Below are positions 1 through 8,979 of a DNA stretch of 64,000 nt, in pieces. Both the position numbers and the translations under genes were made by a program. Each line of letters opens with the position of its first letter. Position 1 is the first letter of the stretch. Under the pieces are notes generated by a model, which worked only from the letters and a program-made list of their open reading frames with translations, did not search any database and had not been told where the DNA came from. Source of the DNA: a virus; IMG/VR virus record IMGVR_UViG_3300042196_000093; one strand, written 5' to 3'.

Positions 1-643
1 ATTTTGCCCGGTAGTCATTTTCCGCTTCCTCGATTGGTGAGCCGAACAGATTCACACGAGTGTAATTGTCCTCCGTCATCTGGAGCCCAGACGGGTCATG
101 GTCGCCAAGGTGGAAAATGATTGGCGTCTGGTCTGACTGTCTGTAACCGATCATGCGACGACCGGCCTGCCACATCGCTGAGGCACTGGCGTAGCCACGA
201 CAGACGAGGTAAGGCACCTGCAACCGGCTACATGCCCGTCGAACAATATCGCTCAGGGCATCCTTCTCCACCCAGACTTCCGGCTTGAATGGCTGTGTGC
301 TCCACTTGTCGAGTCGGAATTTTTCCGCAAGTTCCGACATGGCGGCAGGCACGCTGTCGTACATCTGCCACTCGTTCAGTTCGCGCAGGCGGTCAGTCAG
401 GTGGTCCCAATCTATCAGACCACGCTCTCTGCCTGTGGAAATTGCCGTGCCAAGATTGTTGTAACTCTTGGACGTGTTCGGGATCATGTCTCGGCTGACC
501 ATCTGGTAGAATAACTGACGCAGCGTGAGGATGTAGCCCTTCTCGCTGTACTCCTCCAGAATTTCATTGGCACGCACGATCATCACCATCGTGCTGTTGC
601 GCAAGCCGCTCCGGCCTTGGCCAGTGTAGTCGATACGTGGCAT
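1..643 (-). CDS. Topoisomerase VI subunit A / Spo11-like TOPRIM protein (partial, runs off the left edge; absent from the ORF track)
   Basis: Manual translation from ATG 643 (SD GAGGT) is open to base 1: MPRIDYTG...TLRQLFYQMVSR...GLIDWDHLTDR...DKWSTQPFKPEVWVEKDAL...VCRGYAS...IFHLGDHDPSG. This gives a winged-helix Tyr motif, the TOPRIM Glu (EKD) and DxD (DHD). Confidence 0.75.
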   Translation of the reverse strand, partial: MPRIDYTGQGRSGLRNSTMVMIVRANEILEEYSEKGYILTLRQLFYQMVSRDMIPNTSKSYNNLGTAISTGRERGLIDWDHLTDRLRELNEWQMYDSVPAAMSELAEKFRLDKWSTQPFKPEVWVEKDALSDIVRRACSRLQVPYLVCRGYASASAMWQAGRRMIGYRQSDQTPIIFHLGDHDPSGLQMTEDNYTRVNLFGSPIEEAENDYRAK

Positions 644-647
644 TGGT

Positions 648-920
648 CTACCTCTTTTTTCTTGGACCCATCTTTGGAAAAGATGCAGCCGTGATCGGCG
701 CATCAACATTATCTTGCTTCCACTTCTTTTCCGCCTCGGCCATAGCCGCCTCGGCTTCTTCACGACTGGACTTGTATTTTCCTACTTGATGAATGCGCCC
801 ATCGCTTTTACGACAAAGAAGAATCCAAGCGCAATTAGTCGAGGGCCACTCAAGCCCAGCCGCCTTCATCGCATCTCGTGCTTTCTTACCGAACACAGGT
901 TTGACGAAGAACTTCGCCAT
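648..920 (-). CDS. hypothetical early protein
   Basis: Track ORF 648..1013; start moved to ATG 920 behind GAGGAGTAGGAAA. Confidence 0.7.
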   Translation of the reverse strand: MAKFFVKPVFGKKARDAMKAAGLEWPSTNCAWILLCRKSDGRIHQVGKYKSSREEAEAAMAEAEKKWKQDNVDAPITAASFPKMGPRKKR

Positions 921-924
921 TTTC

Positions 925-1344
925 CTACTCCTCCGATCCATTACCCTGTTCATACAAACCGCCAAGAATTTCCGTCGCTTCTTCATCCAACGGCGTGTAT
1001 TGGTTGGTCTCACGAGCCAGCAGATACCGACGAGCGAAGTCTTTGTTCAGGTCGGATTTATTCCCTGCTGCGAGCGCAGCGAGAGCTTTGTCCAACTGCG
1101 GCCATGTCGGGCCGGTCGTGACCGGATGGAAGACTTCAACACGGAATCCCTCATCGTGCAGGCCAGCACGTTCGCAAAGCATAAGGACGATCTGCCCACC
1201 GACGTTCCACTTTTCCAGCACGCCGCCCTGCGTCAGCTTGATCTGGTCAATGCACAGACCGGTGGCGTGCTTGCGGATAAGTTCGTCCGCCTTCTTGTAG
1301 TTCTCGTGATCGTAGAAATTCAGCTTAGGTTTAGACTTTGCCAT
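925..1344 (-). CDS. hypothetical early protein
   Basis: ORF track, SD GGAGAG, tight packing with neighbours. Confidence 0.75.
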   Translation of the reverse strand: MAKSKPKLNFYDHENYKKADELIRKHATGLCIDQIKLTQGGVLEKWNVGGQIVLMLCERAGLHDEGFRVEVFHPVTTGPTWPQLDKALAALAAGNKSDLNKDFARRYLLARETNQYTPLDEEATEILGGLYEQGNGSEE

Positions 1345-1346
1345 GA

Positions 1347-1739
1347 CTAGCTCTCCTTGAGTGCTCGCTCGGCCACGTCAGCGGCCCAATCATCAAACTG
1401 CTGGTCCTTGCCAAAAAGGCCCGGAGGATATTCACCATGCTCGGCGCAGTAGTCGCGTGCCCACTTGATGCGTTCCAACGCCGCAACCTTCTGATTCATC
1501 GGTGTCACCTTCTGTTCGAGCGCCGCGTCGATTCGCTTGTTGGCTCCTTTGACTTCCACAATTTTGAAAAGCCAAGCCAAAGCACCTTTGGACTTGTCAA
1601 AGGCTTCTTGAAGCTCTGTATGAAATTGTCGATGGAACGCTTCACGCAGAGTCAAACCGACGTACTCCGGCTTGTGTTCGACAACCTGTTCGTCATCGCT
1701 TGCTTCACGGTCGAACTGAACCAAGATACTGTAGCTCAT
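1347..1739 (-). CDS. hypothetical early protein
   Basis: ORF track, ATGA overlap with upstream gene. Confidence 0.7.
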   Translation of the reverse strand: MSYSILVQFDREASDDEQVVEHKPEYVGLTLREAFHRQFHTELQEAFDKSKGALAWLFKIVEVKGANKRIDAALEQKVTPMNQKVAALERIKWARDYCAEHGEYPPGLFGKDQQFDDWAADVAERALKES

Positions 1740-1984
1740 TTCCTTTTCCTCCTCGGCTTGCGCTTCATCACTGCATAGGCATCGGCCAGACGCTGGCCGA
1801 ACTTTGCAAGATTTTCAACAGTCTGCTCCTGCTCAAGCTCACGAACGATGAACTGACCATCTACCATAGTGCATGTGAACGCTAGGAGCGCCCACCCTTG
1901 CACAGTGCTGTCTACATCCAGCACTGGCATACGGACGATGATCTGCGATTTTCCTTTGATGGTTTGAATTTCGACCGTGATCAT
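1736..1984 (-). CDS. hypothetical early protein, basic C-terminus
   Basis: ORF track, ATGA overlaps at both ends. Confidence 0.7.
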   Translation of the reverse strand: MITVEIQTIKGKSQIIVRMPVLDVDSTVQGWALLAFTCTMVDGQFIVRELEQEQTVENLAKFGQRLADAYAVMKRKPRRKRK

Positions 1985-2190
1985 GCGCTGTCTTTCAGCA
2001 CAGACAGACGAGCACGAATTTCCAACAACTCCTCGACGTTGCCCAGCAGCACGCCCAGCGCCTGTTTCTCCAACGAGCGGTTGACATCGTTGTGGTGCTT
2101 GAACAACTGGACAGAGTTTGAAACGATCAGGCGCTCAAGCTCTGTCTTCCGAGCATGGAGCGCCTGCTTGTGGGATTCTTTTTCCGACAT
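1981..2190 (-). CDS. hypothetical coiled-coil early protein
   Basis: ORF track, SD CAGGAG. Confidence 0.7.
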   Translation of the reverse strand: MSEKESHKQALHARKTELERLIVSNSVQLFKHHNDVNRSLEKQALGVLLGNVEELLEIRARLSVLKDSA

Positions 2191-2202
2191 AGCTTTCTCC
2201 TG

Positions 2203-2619
2203 TTAGACCGGGCGCATGGCTTCTTCACGAGCCTCTGGCGTCCACGGCAGACCGTCTGGGTTAGCCTGAGCGTTGGCTCTGTGCTGGCTGGCTTGCTCTA
2301 CACGCATCGAGTACCACTTGCGCTGGAGACGCTTATAAATCTTGTAACGATAACCCCTCGATTGAAGCTCAAGTGCAAGCTCTTTGTACTCTGCCTTCGT
2401 CGCTGGCCGCGTTCGCGGATTAGTTCCACGAATCAATCCATCTGGGTCAGCACTTGAATGCTGCCCGATGTGAATGTAGCTCGTGCAGGTTATTCCCGTG
2501 TAGTCATCGCAGATCGTGGGGAACAGCGCGATGCAGTCGCGCTCCGGGTAGGCACCCGGTTCATTGAACATGCGGAAAATGACTGGTATCCGCTGTCCAC
2601 CCTTCCGTTTCTTTTTCAT
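2203..2619 (-). CDS. conserved-looking phage hypothetical (VIFR...IALFP...SYxHIGQH...PAT..EY..L..EL...GY)
   Basis: ORF track, SD AAGGAG; motif pattern recalled from uncharacterised phage/ICE proteins. Confidence 0.75.
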   Translation of the reverse strand: MKKKRKGGQRIPVIFRMFNEPGAYPERDCIALFPTICDDYTGITCTSYIHIGQHSSADPDGLIRGTNPRTRPATKAEYKELALELQSRGYRYKIYKRLQRKWYSMRVEQASQHRANAQANPDGLPWTPEAREEAMRPV

Positions 2620-2628
2620 GGCTTCTCC

Positions 2629-3048
2629 TTATGCCTCGGTTACAAACATATCTTCCAGAACCCACTTTTTCTTGCAGCCCTCGCAAGTGTAGGTTAGACG
2701 TTCGTTGAGATGGGCTGCAACCCAGCCACTCTTGCCAGAGGGTTTTCCGCATGTGCAAGTGAAGCCCTCATCAAGCACGTATTCCTTCGAGAACTTCACA
2801 CGCGGGCCACGCTTGTAGTAGAGCGAGTGCGGCGGCTGTTTGTCCTCCGGGCAATCCACCTGCACAAGAAAGCCCTTGCGGATCAAGGCAGCCACCGCAT
2901 GGGCACTCAGAGGGGTATTGTACTTGCCATCAGAGCCTGAGACATAGCAGCCGAGATCGTAGTGGCGTGATCTCAACACGATGCGACAGACTACGCCGTC
3001 GCCGATCTTGTTCAATTCCTCCTGCTGGAGCTTGCTCAATTTCTGCAT
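2629..3048 (-). CDS. hypothetical with C-terminal Zn-ribbon (CTCG...CEGC)
   Basis: Start refined to ATG 3048 after GGAGG; two Cys pairs. Confidence 0.7.
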   Translation of the reverse strand: MQKLSKLQQEELNKIGDGVVCRIVLRSRHYDLGCYVSGSDGKYNTPLSAHAVAALIRKGFLVQVDCPEDKQPPHSLYYKRGPRVKFSKEYVLDEGFTCTCGKPSGKSGWVAAHLNERLTYTCEGCKKKWVLEDMFVTEA

Positions 3049-3050
3049 GG

Positions 3051-4205
3051 CTAATCCTCCTTGTTCCAATCCCAGCCATCGGCCTTCGCGGCGTCATCGA
3101 AGGCTTCGAGACCAGCAATCATTTCCTTCTTGGTAATTTCCACAAAGCTCTGGTCGATGAATCCTTTGACCACAGTCCGACCAGCATTGCGCTTATCTTT
3201 GTCTGTCTTGGCTTCTTCCTCCTCATCAAGCAAGTCGCGGAATTTCCGCGCTACGTTGGACATGAACTGGTAGGCCACCTCATCCTCAGCGTACATCTCC
3301 ATCTGGTGGAGGGCAGACCGGACCACAGCCTTGTCGCCTTTGCACAGAGCATTGTCACGACGCTCGTCCAGTTCGCGCATTGTGGCCAAGTGCTCCTCGG
3401 ACAGTTCTTTCTCCAGTTCGTAGTAACCGTCGAGTGCCTGATTTTCCTCATCTGACAAAGGCTCCAGTTCCCAGATGTCACCTTCGCAGACATTTTCCAA
3501 GCAGAACCAACCACCCGACCGGCCACCAAAGCTGTACTCCAGTCCGGTGTCCTCGAACAGATGGCTCACTCCTTCACGGGCGTCTTCGACGGCGTGCTCA
3601 TAGGAACCTTCATGCTCGTCTCCTTCAAGCCAATCCGTGTAGCGTTCCCACTGCTCGTCGGTGAGCTTGCCGATCTGCTCCTCAACCCGGCTGCGATCAG
3701 CGAGCAATTTCCCCGGATTGTCGATCTTGACGTTGGCGCACGGCATGGCCCTGTTGCTGTTGTAATTGTGCCCGCCGTTCCACGCGGGCTTGAAGTCTTC
3801 GTGCTTGCCTCCGTCCCACGACACCCACGAGTTGAACTTGAACCGCGAGGTCTCAGGTGCGCCATCGTTCTGATGCCGGACAAGCAACCATCTCTCGTCC
3901 TTGAGTTCATCACCTTGCATCACACGAAAGTCCATCACGGTGCCCTCCGAGTTCAGCACGTCGATGCAAGCCTTCTCACGGTTCTCGAATGACGGAGCAT
4001 AAGACAAGATGACCGTGGCACCTTTTTCCGCAGCTTTCCTATTATCGAAGTACAGTGAATCCACGAGCATCAAGGTGAAGGCATCCTGCCTGTCAGAAAA
4101 TTCACGGCGCGTGATCTTTTTTACGATGCCGCTGGCACCAGTGTAGAAAATAACAACCAGCGACCCGACCACAGGCCGCCACAAAACCTTCTCAGTCTCT
4201 GTCAT
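3051..4205 (-). CDS. large acidic hypothetical (YSFGGRSGGW motif)
   Basis: 384-aa ORF, SD AGGAG. Confidence 0.8.
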   Translation of the reverse strand: MTETEKVLWRPVVGSLVVIFYTGASGIVKKITRREFSDRQDAFTLMLVDSLYFDNRKAAEKGATVILSYAPSFENREKACIDVLNSEGTVMDFRVMQGDELKDERWLLVRHQNDGAPETSRFKFNSWVSWDGGKHEDFKPAWNGGHNYNSNRAMPCANVKIDNPGKLLADRSRVEEQIGKLTDEQWERYTDWLEGDEHEGSYEHAVEDAREGVSHLFEDTGLEYSFGGRSGGWFCLENVCEGDIWELEPLSDEENQALDGYYELEKELSEEHLATMRELDERRDNALCKGDKAVVRSALHQMEMYAEDEVAYQFMSNVARKFRDLLDEEEEAKTDKDKRNAGRTVVKGFIDQSFVEITKKEMIAGLEAFDDAAKADGWDWNKED

Positions 4206-4214
4206 TGAGTTCTC

Positions 4215-4556
4215 CTAACGAGCGTGAATGAAGGCTTCCGCAGGGATTGGTTCACCCGTGCAGGAAATTGTGTACGGCAGAGGCTCTGCCTCCTTGGCCT
4301 CGCTGTGATGCAGACTGACGCGCTGCACCTCGCCAGTGATTGGCTCACAGAAGTCAATGACGAGGAATTCCTTGTGACTGGCGTGCTCCCAGACGCTCGG
4401 CGCTATCGAACGCACAATGCCGATCATGCTGGGCTCGAACTTGATGATGCGCCCACGGTAGAAATCTCCGTAGGTGCCATTGTAGTAGTACCGATGGTAG
4501 TAGATCGGCTTGCTGATCGTAGGCGTCACGAAGTCGCCCGGTTTGAATTTCTTCAT
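4215..4556 (-). CDS. hypothetical, possibly SH3-like beta barrel (KKFKPGDFVTP)
   Basis: Start refined to ATG 4556 after GAGGTG. Confidence 0.65.
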   Translation of the reverse strand: MKKFKPGDFVTPTISKPIYYHRYYYNGTYGDFYRGRIIKFEPSMIGIVRSIAPSVWEHASHKEFLVIDFCEPITGEVQRVSLHHSEAKEAEPLPYTISCTGEPIPAEAFIHAR

Positions 4557-4963
4557 CGGTTCACCTCGCACATGGTCATAAAATCATCAGCCAGTTTTTC
4601 CGCAGACGGCCATGCCGTGAGCAACTCAGAAGTCGGACAGGGCATTTTCTTCTTCTTCATTCGGCGGAACATGGTCTTACCCTTATTCCGCCACACGATG
4701 TCGTAAGCCGCATTGAACTGCTTGCGGAAATCATGGACCGCTTCCTGTATGCCGATGCCTTCCCCGGTCAACTGGACGTGAACGATGCCGAGTGCCATGC
4801 CCAGCATGTCCATGACGCCCTCAATGTAGTGATCGTCCGTAGGTAATTGATTGGCACAGTTCTCAGGAGCCCGGAGTGGCGTGACTCCGTACAGTCGATC
4901 CAGAGCAACATCGAACAACAAACGAACGACCGCCTCCATTTTCATCAATGGCTTCTTGCGCAT
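4553..4963 (-). CDS. hypothetical early protein
   Basis: ORF track, SD GAGGAG. Confidence 0.7.
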   Translation of the reverse strand: MRKKPLMKMEAVVRLLFDVALDRLYGVTPLRAPENCANQLPTDDHYIEGVMDMLGMALGIVHVQLTGEGIGIQEAVHDFRKQFNAAYDIVWRNKGKTMFRRMKKKKMPCPTSELLTAWPSAEKLADDFMTMCEVNR

Positions 4964-4965
4964 GA

Positions 4966-6153
4966 CTACTCCTCCTCAGAGAACATTTCCTGCGTCTGGT
5001 CTTCGACTTTGGTGTCCTTGCGCGGCTCGATGGGATCGAGCTTGTGTTCTTCCAGCATAGCCTTCCACTCGTCCGTGCCGGGCATCGGGCCTTCCCACTT
5101 GAAGTAACCGCCAGTGCTGTACTTGAATTCTTCTGGCTTCCAAGGAGTGGCGGAAATTCCCCACATTTTCCGCATCTCACCGATGATCTCGCCTTCCGGT
5201 GTCCACGTCCAGAAGTCACGCCCCTTGTAGCAGGCCACGTCGAAGCAGCGGTAGACATCGACGCCTGCACCGTTGTCGCCCTTTGGCGAGAACTGCGTGC
5301 GGCACATGCCATCCTTGAAGTCGTGGAAGAACAGGGTCTCCCTCGGACTGTAGTGCCCGTTCAGACCTTTCACTTCTTCACGGTACATGGAGTCCCATGC
5401 TTCCTCGTCCACCTGCTTGATCCATTGCTCCAGCGGGAACTCCACCGGAATTTCCACCGTGGTGCAGAGTTCACCAGAGTGGCTGGCCCCCAGCGTGTCG
5501 AACAGGTTGGTCATGTCGTCGATGCCTTCGGCCATGTAGAAGCGCCCCTCAGCCATGTTGCGGGCATCGCCACCGGGATGAATCTGGCAGAACACGATGT
5601 CGCATCCGTCGCAGCCGTAGATCGAATCGCCGCTGCCCGGATAGCAGAACTGGATGTCATGCTGTCCGCAGTAGCTGTCCGGGTCGTTGTAGGTGTAGTG
5701 CGGGCCGAACACTTCCTCGCCGAACTTGTCATCGAGTCTCTGGAGTGCCTTGAACACTTCGACGGCGTGATTGTAGCCGATCATGTCACCGTGCTCGTCG
5801 TTCTCGAACGAGAGGTCACACGCCTCATTGAGCATCGCGCAGATTTCCTCATCGTCCAATTCGAGGATGAAATCCTTGTGCGGCTCGAAGCACTCGTAGA
5901 ACTTGGCATCCTCCAGATGCAGGAAGAACGGCGCGATGGCCTTGGCGATTTTCCGCATCTTGTTCACGCGGCTTCTGGCCACTTTCTTTTTCTTGAAGTG
6001 CGGATGCTTGAAGGTCAGCAGATGTGGGAACACGAAGTAGATGGAAGCCATCGGCTGCCCATCCGAACCGTAGATCACGCTGTTCTTGGACAGGCACTCA
6101 TGCGCCTCTTTGCTGCCCGGCGCATGGATTTTGATTTCAGCCGTCTTTGTCAT
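4966..6153 (-). CDS. large acidic hypothetical (DIQF...VFCQIHPGGDARN motif)
   Basis: Start refined to ATG 6153 after GGAGG. Confidence 0.8.
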   Translation of the reverse strand: MTKTAEIKIHAPGSKEAHECLSKNSVIYGSDGQPMASIYFVFPHLLTFKHPHFKKKKVARSRVNKMRKIAKAIAPFFLHLEDAKFYECFEPHKDFILELDDEEICAMLNEACDLSFENDEHGDMIGYNHAVEVFKALQRLDDKFGEEVFGPHYTYNDPDSYCGQHDIQFCYPGSGDSIYGCDGCDIVFCQIHPGGDARNMAEGRFYMAEGIDDMTNLFDTLGASHSGELCTTVEIPVEFPLEQWIKQVDEEAWDSMYREEVKGLNGHYSPRETLFFHDFKDGMCRTQFSPKGDNGAGVDVYRCFDVACYKGRDFWTWTPEGEIIGEMRKMWGISATPWKPEEFKYSTGGYFKWEGPMPGTDEWKAMLEEHKLDPIEPRKDTKVEDQTQEMFSEEE

Positions 6154-6547
6154 GGACGAACCTCCGTAGGGATGAGATGTCAAAGAAGATGAATTTCCGC
6201 ACGTCGTCGAGAGACCACAGGCAGTCGGTTTCTTCACCATCAGCGTTGTGGTCGCCGATGAGCAAAGACTTGCCGATCAATTCCTCGCTGCCGTACTTCG
6301 TGCGCAGGATGAACTTCTGCTTGTCGGTGTAACCTCCGGTCTCATCGACATACATACGGATATACGGCGAACTGTTCTGTTTCAGAGTGTTGACTTCGCT
6401 CTCGTTCACTTGACGCAATACCTGCTCGATCATGGAGCAGCCCATCCAGAAGTAATACCTCTGGAAGTAGGGCTCCAGCATCATCTCCGTGATCGTCTTT
6501 TTCTCCGGGTCGATCAGGATGACGCGGACTTTCTTTTTCTTCACCAC
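6137..6547 (-). CDS. DUF3846-like protein
   Basis: VILIDP...MIEQV...MYVDETG...LIGKSLLIG...GEETDC matches my recollection of DUF3846; GTG start after GGAG. Confidence 0.6.
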   Translation of the reverse strand: MVKKKKVRVILIDPEKKTITEMMLEPYFQRYYFWMGCSMIEQVLRQVNESEVNTLKQNSSPYIRMYVDETGGYTDKQKFILRTKYGSEELIGKSLLIGDHNADGEETDCLWSLDDVRKFIFFDISSLRRFVHDKDG

Positions 6548-6550
6548 GGC

Positions 6551-6937
6551 CTACTCCTTCGGTTTGCGGAAAATAGCCTGAGTGTACTGACGCTGACTCG
6601 GAAGGTCGTTGAGCCACCCCGGCGCATCATCTGGTGTCTTGAACGTGCAGCCCGGCCCGTAGACCATTGCCTGCTTCCTGCCGAAGCTGCTGCTGTCCAT
6701 CTGGATGTTGACGTAGAGAATCAGGCCATCCACGTCAGCACGGGCAATCAGGCCATCCAGCATTTTCCTCGTGTCCGCTGGCACTTCCTTTGGGCCTGAG
6801 CCACGCACCATGATCGGCACGCCCCAACGGTCGAACATCGGAGCACCATCCTTCCTGCGCTTCCGCTGTTCGTAGGGCTCCTCCTCAAACTCGGCGAACA
6901 GTTCATCACGAGTAATTTCCTTCAACATCTTCTGCAT
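6551..6937 (-). CDS. hypothetical early protein
   Basis: ORF track, SD GGAG. Confidence 0.7.
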   Translation of the reverse strand: MQKMLKEITRDELFAEFEEEPYEQRKRRKDGAPMFDRWGVPIMVRGSGPKEVPADTRKMLDGLIARADVDGLILYVNIQMDSSSFGRKQAMVYGPGCTFKTPDDAPGWLNDLPSQRQYTQAIFRKPKE

Positions 6938-6939
6938 GG

Positions 6940-7617
6940 CTACTTCTCCTTTTTCTCGGCTTCCTTCACCAACGCATCCAAGATGCCATCGAGATATTCC
7001 TCAGAGCGCGTGGTCTGCAATTTCACACACTCAAGAGTTTTGCTGCACGCAGCGAGAATCATCAGGTTCCTATCGCTCGGCTGCCGCCCTGCGAACTCCG
7101 GCAACCGGCAGAAGTGCGCAGGCGGATAGCAGCCGCAGAGGATGAAGCCCCAGCAGATGTCCCACGACAGGTCCATGCCGCCGCCTGTCAAGACAATCGC
7201 GGGCTCGTCATTGACCAGCACCAGCGTTGTTGCCATACCCTCCAGTTCCATTTTCAACTGGAGTTTCTCGACCTCTAGGCCATGCAGCAGTTCGATGGGG
7301 TAATAGTAGTTCATCATCGGGATGCCGCTCTCGTGATCGGTCCAAGCCCCACGGGCCTGCTCAATGACTTCATCATCATCGTCTGCTGCGTTCACGTCTT
7401 GGCAGTGGTACTCAAGGAATTTCACCGCAGATTCCCTGTCCCATTCTGGCTCGATCACGCTCCAGCTTTCGTTGTCCAGACCAGCCTCAAGCTGCCAGTC
7501 CATGTTGATCGGCATGACATGGATGTTCGCGTAGCTAAGTTGAAGTCCTTCGCTGATTTTCCGCAAACGGCGCAGGATGTTAGCCCGCTGCTTTGACTTG
7601 GCTGTCTTGGTTTTCAT
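6940..7617 (-). CDS. conserved-looking phage hypothetical (PMMNYYYP...LTGGGMDLSWDI)
   Basis: Start refined to ATG 7617 after AAGGAG. Confidence 0.75.
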   Translation of the reverse strand: MKTKTAKSKQRANILRRLRKISEGLQLSYANIHVMPINMDWQLEAGLDNESWSVIEPEWDRESAVKFLEYHCQDVNAADDDDEVIEQARGAWTDHESGIPMMNYYYPIELLHGLEVEKLQLKMELEGMATTLVLVNDEPAIVLTGGGMDLSWDICWGFILCGCYPPAHFCRLPEFAGRQPSDRNLMILAACSKTLECVKLQTTRSEEYLDGILDALVKEAEKKEK

Positions 7618-8002
7618 GGCGGTCTCCTTCAAACATGCGGAAATAGCGGGTGGCCTCGGCCTCAGCCTCAGCAGCCTGCCGTGGAAATGCAGTGAGAATC
7701 CGCTGACACAATTCCCAGCCCTTGGTGGTCAGTGCGTAGCCATGACCTTGATAAGCGTCATGGTCAGACAATCCCTTGAGACGCAGGTCCATTGTCTTAC
7801 GTCTGTAGGAAATTCGATGGATTACTTCTTTGCGCACCATCGCTCGTGCGGATTGCCACCACGGCGGCTCACCGGGCACCGGACAATCGACTCGACCCTT
7901 GGAGTGGAACCACATCCAAAGCAAAGCAGCAATCTGCCAGCCGGAGTAGCCAAGCCACGGTCTGGTCGTCCGGCGTTCAAGCCGGTTGCGTAAGTCACCC
8001 AT
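7580..8002 (-). CDS. hypothetical, possible winged-helix (LT.KG near the C-terminus)
   Basis: Start refined to ATG 8002, just downstream of the preceding stop. Confidence 0.6.
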   Translation of the reverse strand: MGDLRNRLERRTTRPWLGYSGWQIAALLWMWFHSKGRVDCPVPGEPPWWQSARAMVRKEVIHRISYRRKTMDLRLKGLSDHDAYQGHGYALTTKGWELCQRILTAFPRQAAEAEAEATRYFRMFEGDRHENQDSQVKAAG

Positions 8003-8006
8003 GATC

Positions 8007-8192
8007 TCACTTTTTCCTTCCAATACGAATGTCATCCGGGTAGCCGTCGTGGTCGATGAGACTGCTTCGCACGTAATCAGCATCGCAGTCCGCGTCATAG
8101 AAAACGATGTCGCTGTGAAGCCTTACGATTTTCCCATTGCGGTCGTGACGCCACCCCTGCTTAGAGGTGACTAACCAAGCCTGACTGCGCAT
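8007..8192 (-). CDS. small hypothetical (61 aa)
   Basis: ATG 8192 behind GAGGAGTAGGAAA. Confidence 0.65.
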   Translation of the reverse strand: MRSQAWLVTSKQGWRHDRNGKIVRLHSDIVFYDADCDADYVRSSLIDHDGYPDDIRIGRKK

Positions 8193-8196
8193 TTTC

Positions 8197-8361
8197 CTAC
8201 TCCTCCTCTCCCTCAAGCTCTCGAACCAACTTCCTCAAAATAGGCACAGGCATTTTTTGCAACAGCGTTTCAATCAAGTTCGAGTAACCGTCGATGTCAG
8301 TCTCGACAAGTTCCCACACTCGATCACGCAAAGGTTTCCAGTCGTGGTGTCCCATTGCCAT
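8197..8361 (-). CDS. small hypothetical (54 aa, MAMGHHDWKP...ELEGEEE); not in the ORF track
   Basis: Manual translation; fills the gap exactly between two GAGGAGTAGGAAAATG junctions. Confidence 0.7.
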   Translation of the reverse strand: MAMGHHDWKPLRDRVWELVETDIDGYSNLIETLLQKMPVPILRKLVRELEGEEE

Positions 8362-8365
8362 TTTC

Positions 8366-8569
8366 CTACTCCTCGTAGTAGCAGTCCATCCACGGCCCCA
8401 TCTTCTCAGTGATGGCCGTGGCGCTGCCAGTGGTGGCTGTGCTCGAACTGGTCTCCGGGTCTGAGCAATGCTGCTGGGCTTGCCCCAGCGTCAGGTCCGT
8501 CTCGATGGTTTCATGTGGATGACCGTTGAAGAATTTCCGCAGAATCTTGTAGGTCTTTTCCTCTGGCAT
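8366..8569 (-). CDS. small hypothetical (YKILRKF...LTLGQAQQHCSDPETSS)
   Basis: ORF track, SD GGAGGA. Confidence 0.7.
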   Translation of the reverse strand: MPEEKTYKILRKFFNGHPHETIETDLTLGQAQQHCSDPETSSSTATTGSATAITEKMGPWMDCYYEE

Positions 8570-8572
8570 GGC

Positions 8573-8731
8573 TTAGTCCTCCCCAAGTTTTTGCAGCAGC
8601 ACATTCCACTGAGAGTCGTACAGCGCCACCTCTTTGTGCGTGCGGGCAATCGCCTTAGCTTCTCGCTTCGTGTAGCCCATCAGCACAGAGAAGTGAACCC
8701 ACAAGCCCTCAGTGACGCACAGGTGGTACAT
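8573..8731 (-). CDS. small hypothetical
   Basis: Start refined to ATG 8731 after GGAGG. Confidence 0.6.
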   Translation of the reverse strand: MYHLCVTEGLWVHFSVLMGYTKREAKAIARTHKEVALYDSQWNVLLQKLGED

Positions 8732-8733
8732 GG

Positions 8734-8979
8734 CTATTTCCTCCGTTTGCGTTTGGACAAAGGTGGTGGGCAATCCTGAGTAGCCAATGCGCCCATCGCC
8801 GCGAAGTGCATCAGTATTGGCAACGCACTGGATGTTCTGCGCGGCCTACGAGCCTGAGCTTCCCGGTACGCCTGCTCCTCGGCGTACTCGATCTCAGTCA
8901 GGCCACCGCGTGGTCCGCAGCACTTCTTGAATTTTTTTCCACTGCCGCACTGACACGGATCGTTCGCTCCGATTTTCAT
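8734..8979 (-). CDS. SEC-C motif (SecA C-terminal-like metal-binding) protein
   Basis: N-terminal [21 protein letters not shown] matches SEC-C (GRNDPCPCGSGKKYKKCC). Confidence 0.85.
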   Translation of the reverse strand: MKIGANDPCQCGSGKKFKKCCGPRGGLTEIEYAEEQAYREAQARRPRRTSSALPILMHFAAMGALATQDCPPPLSKRKRRK

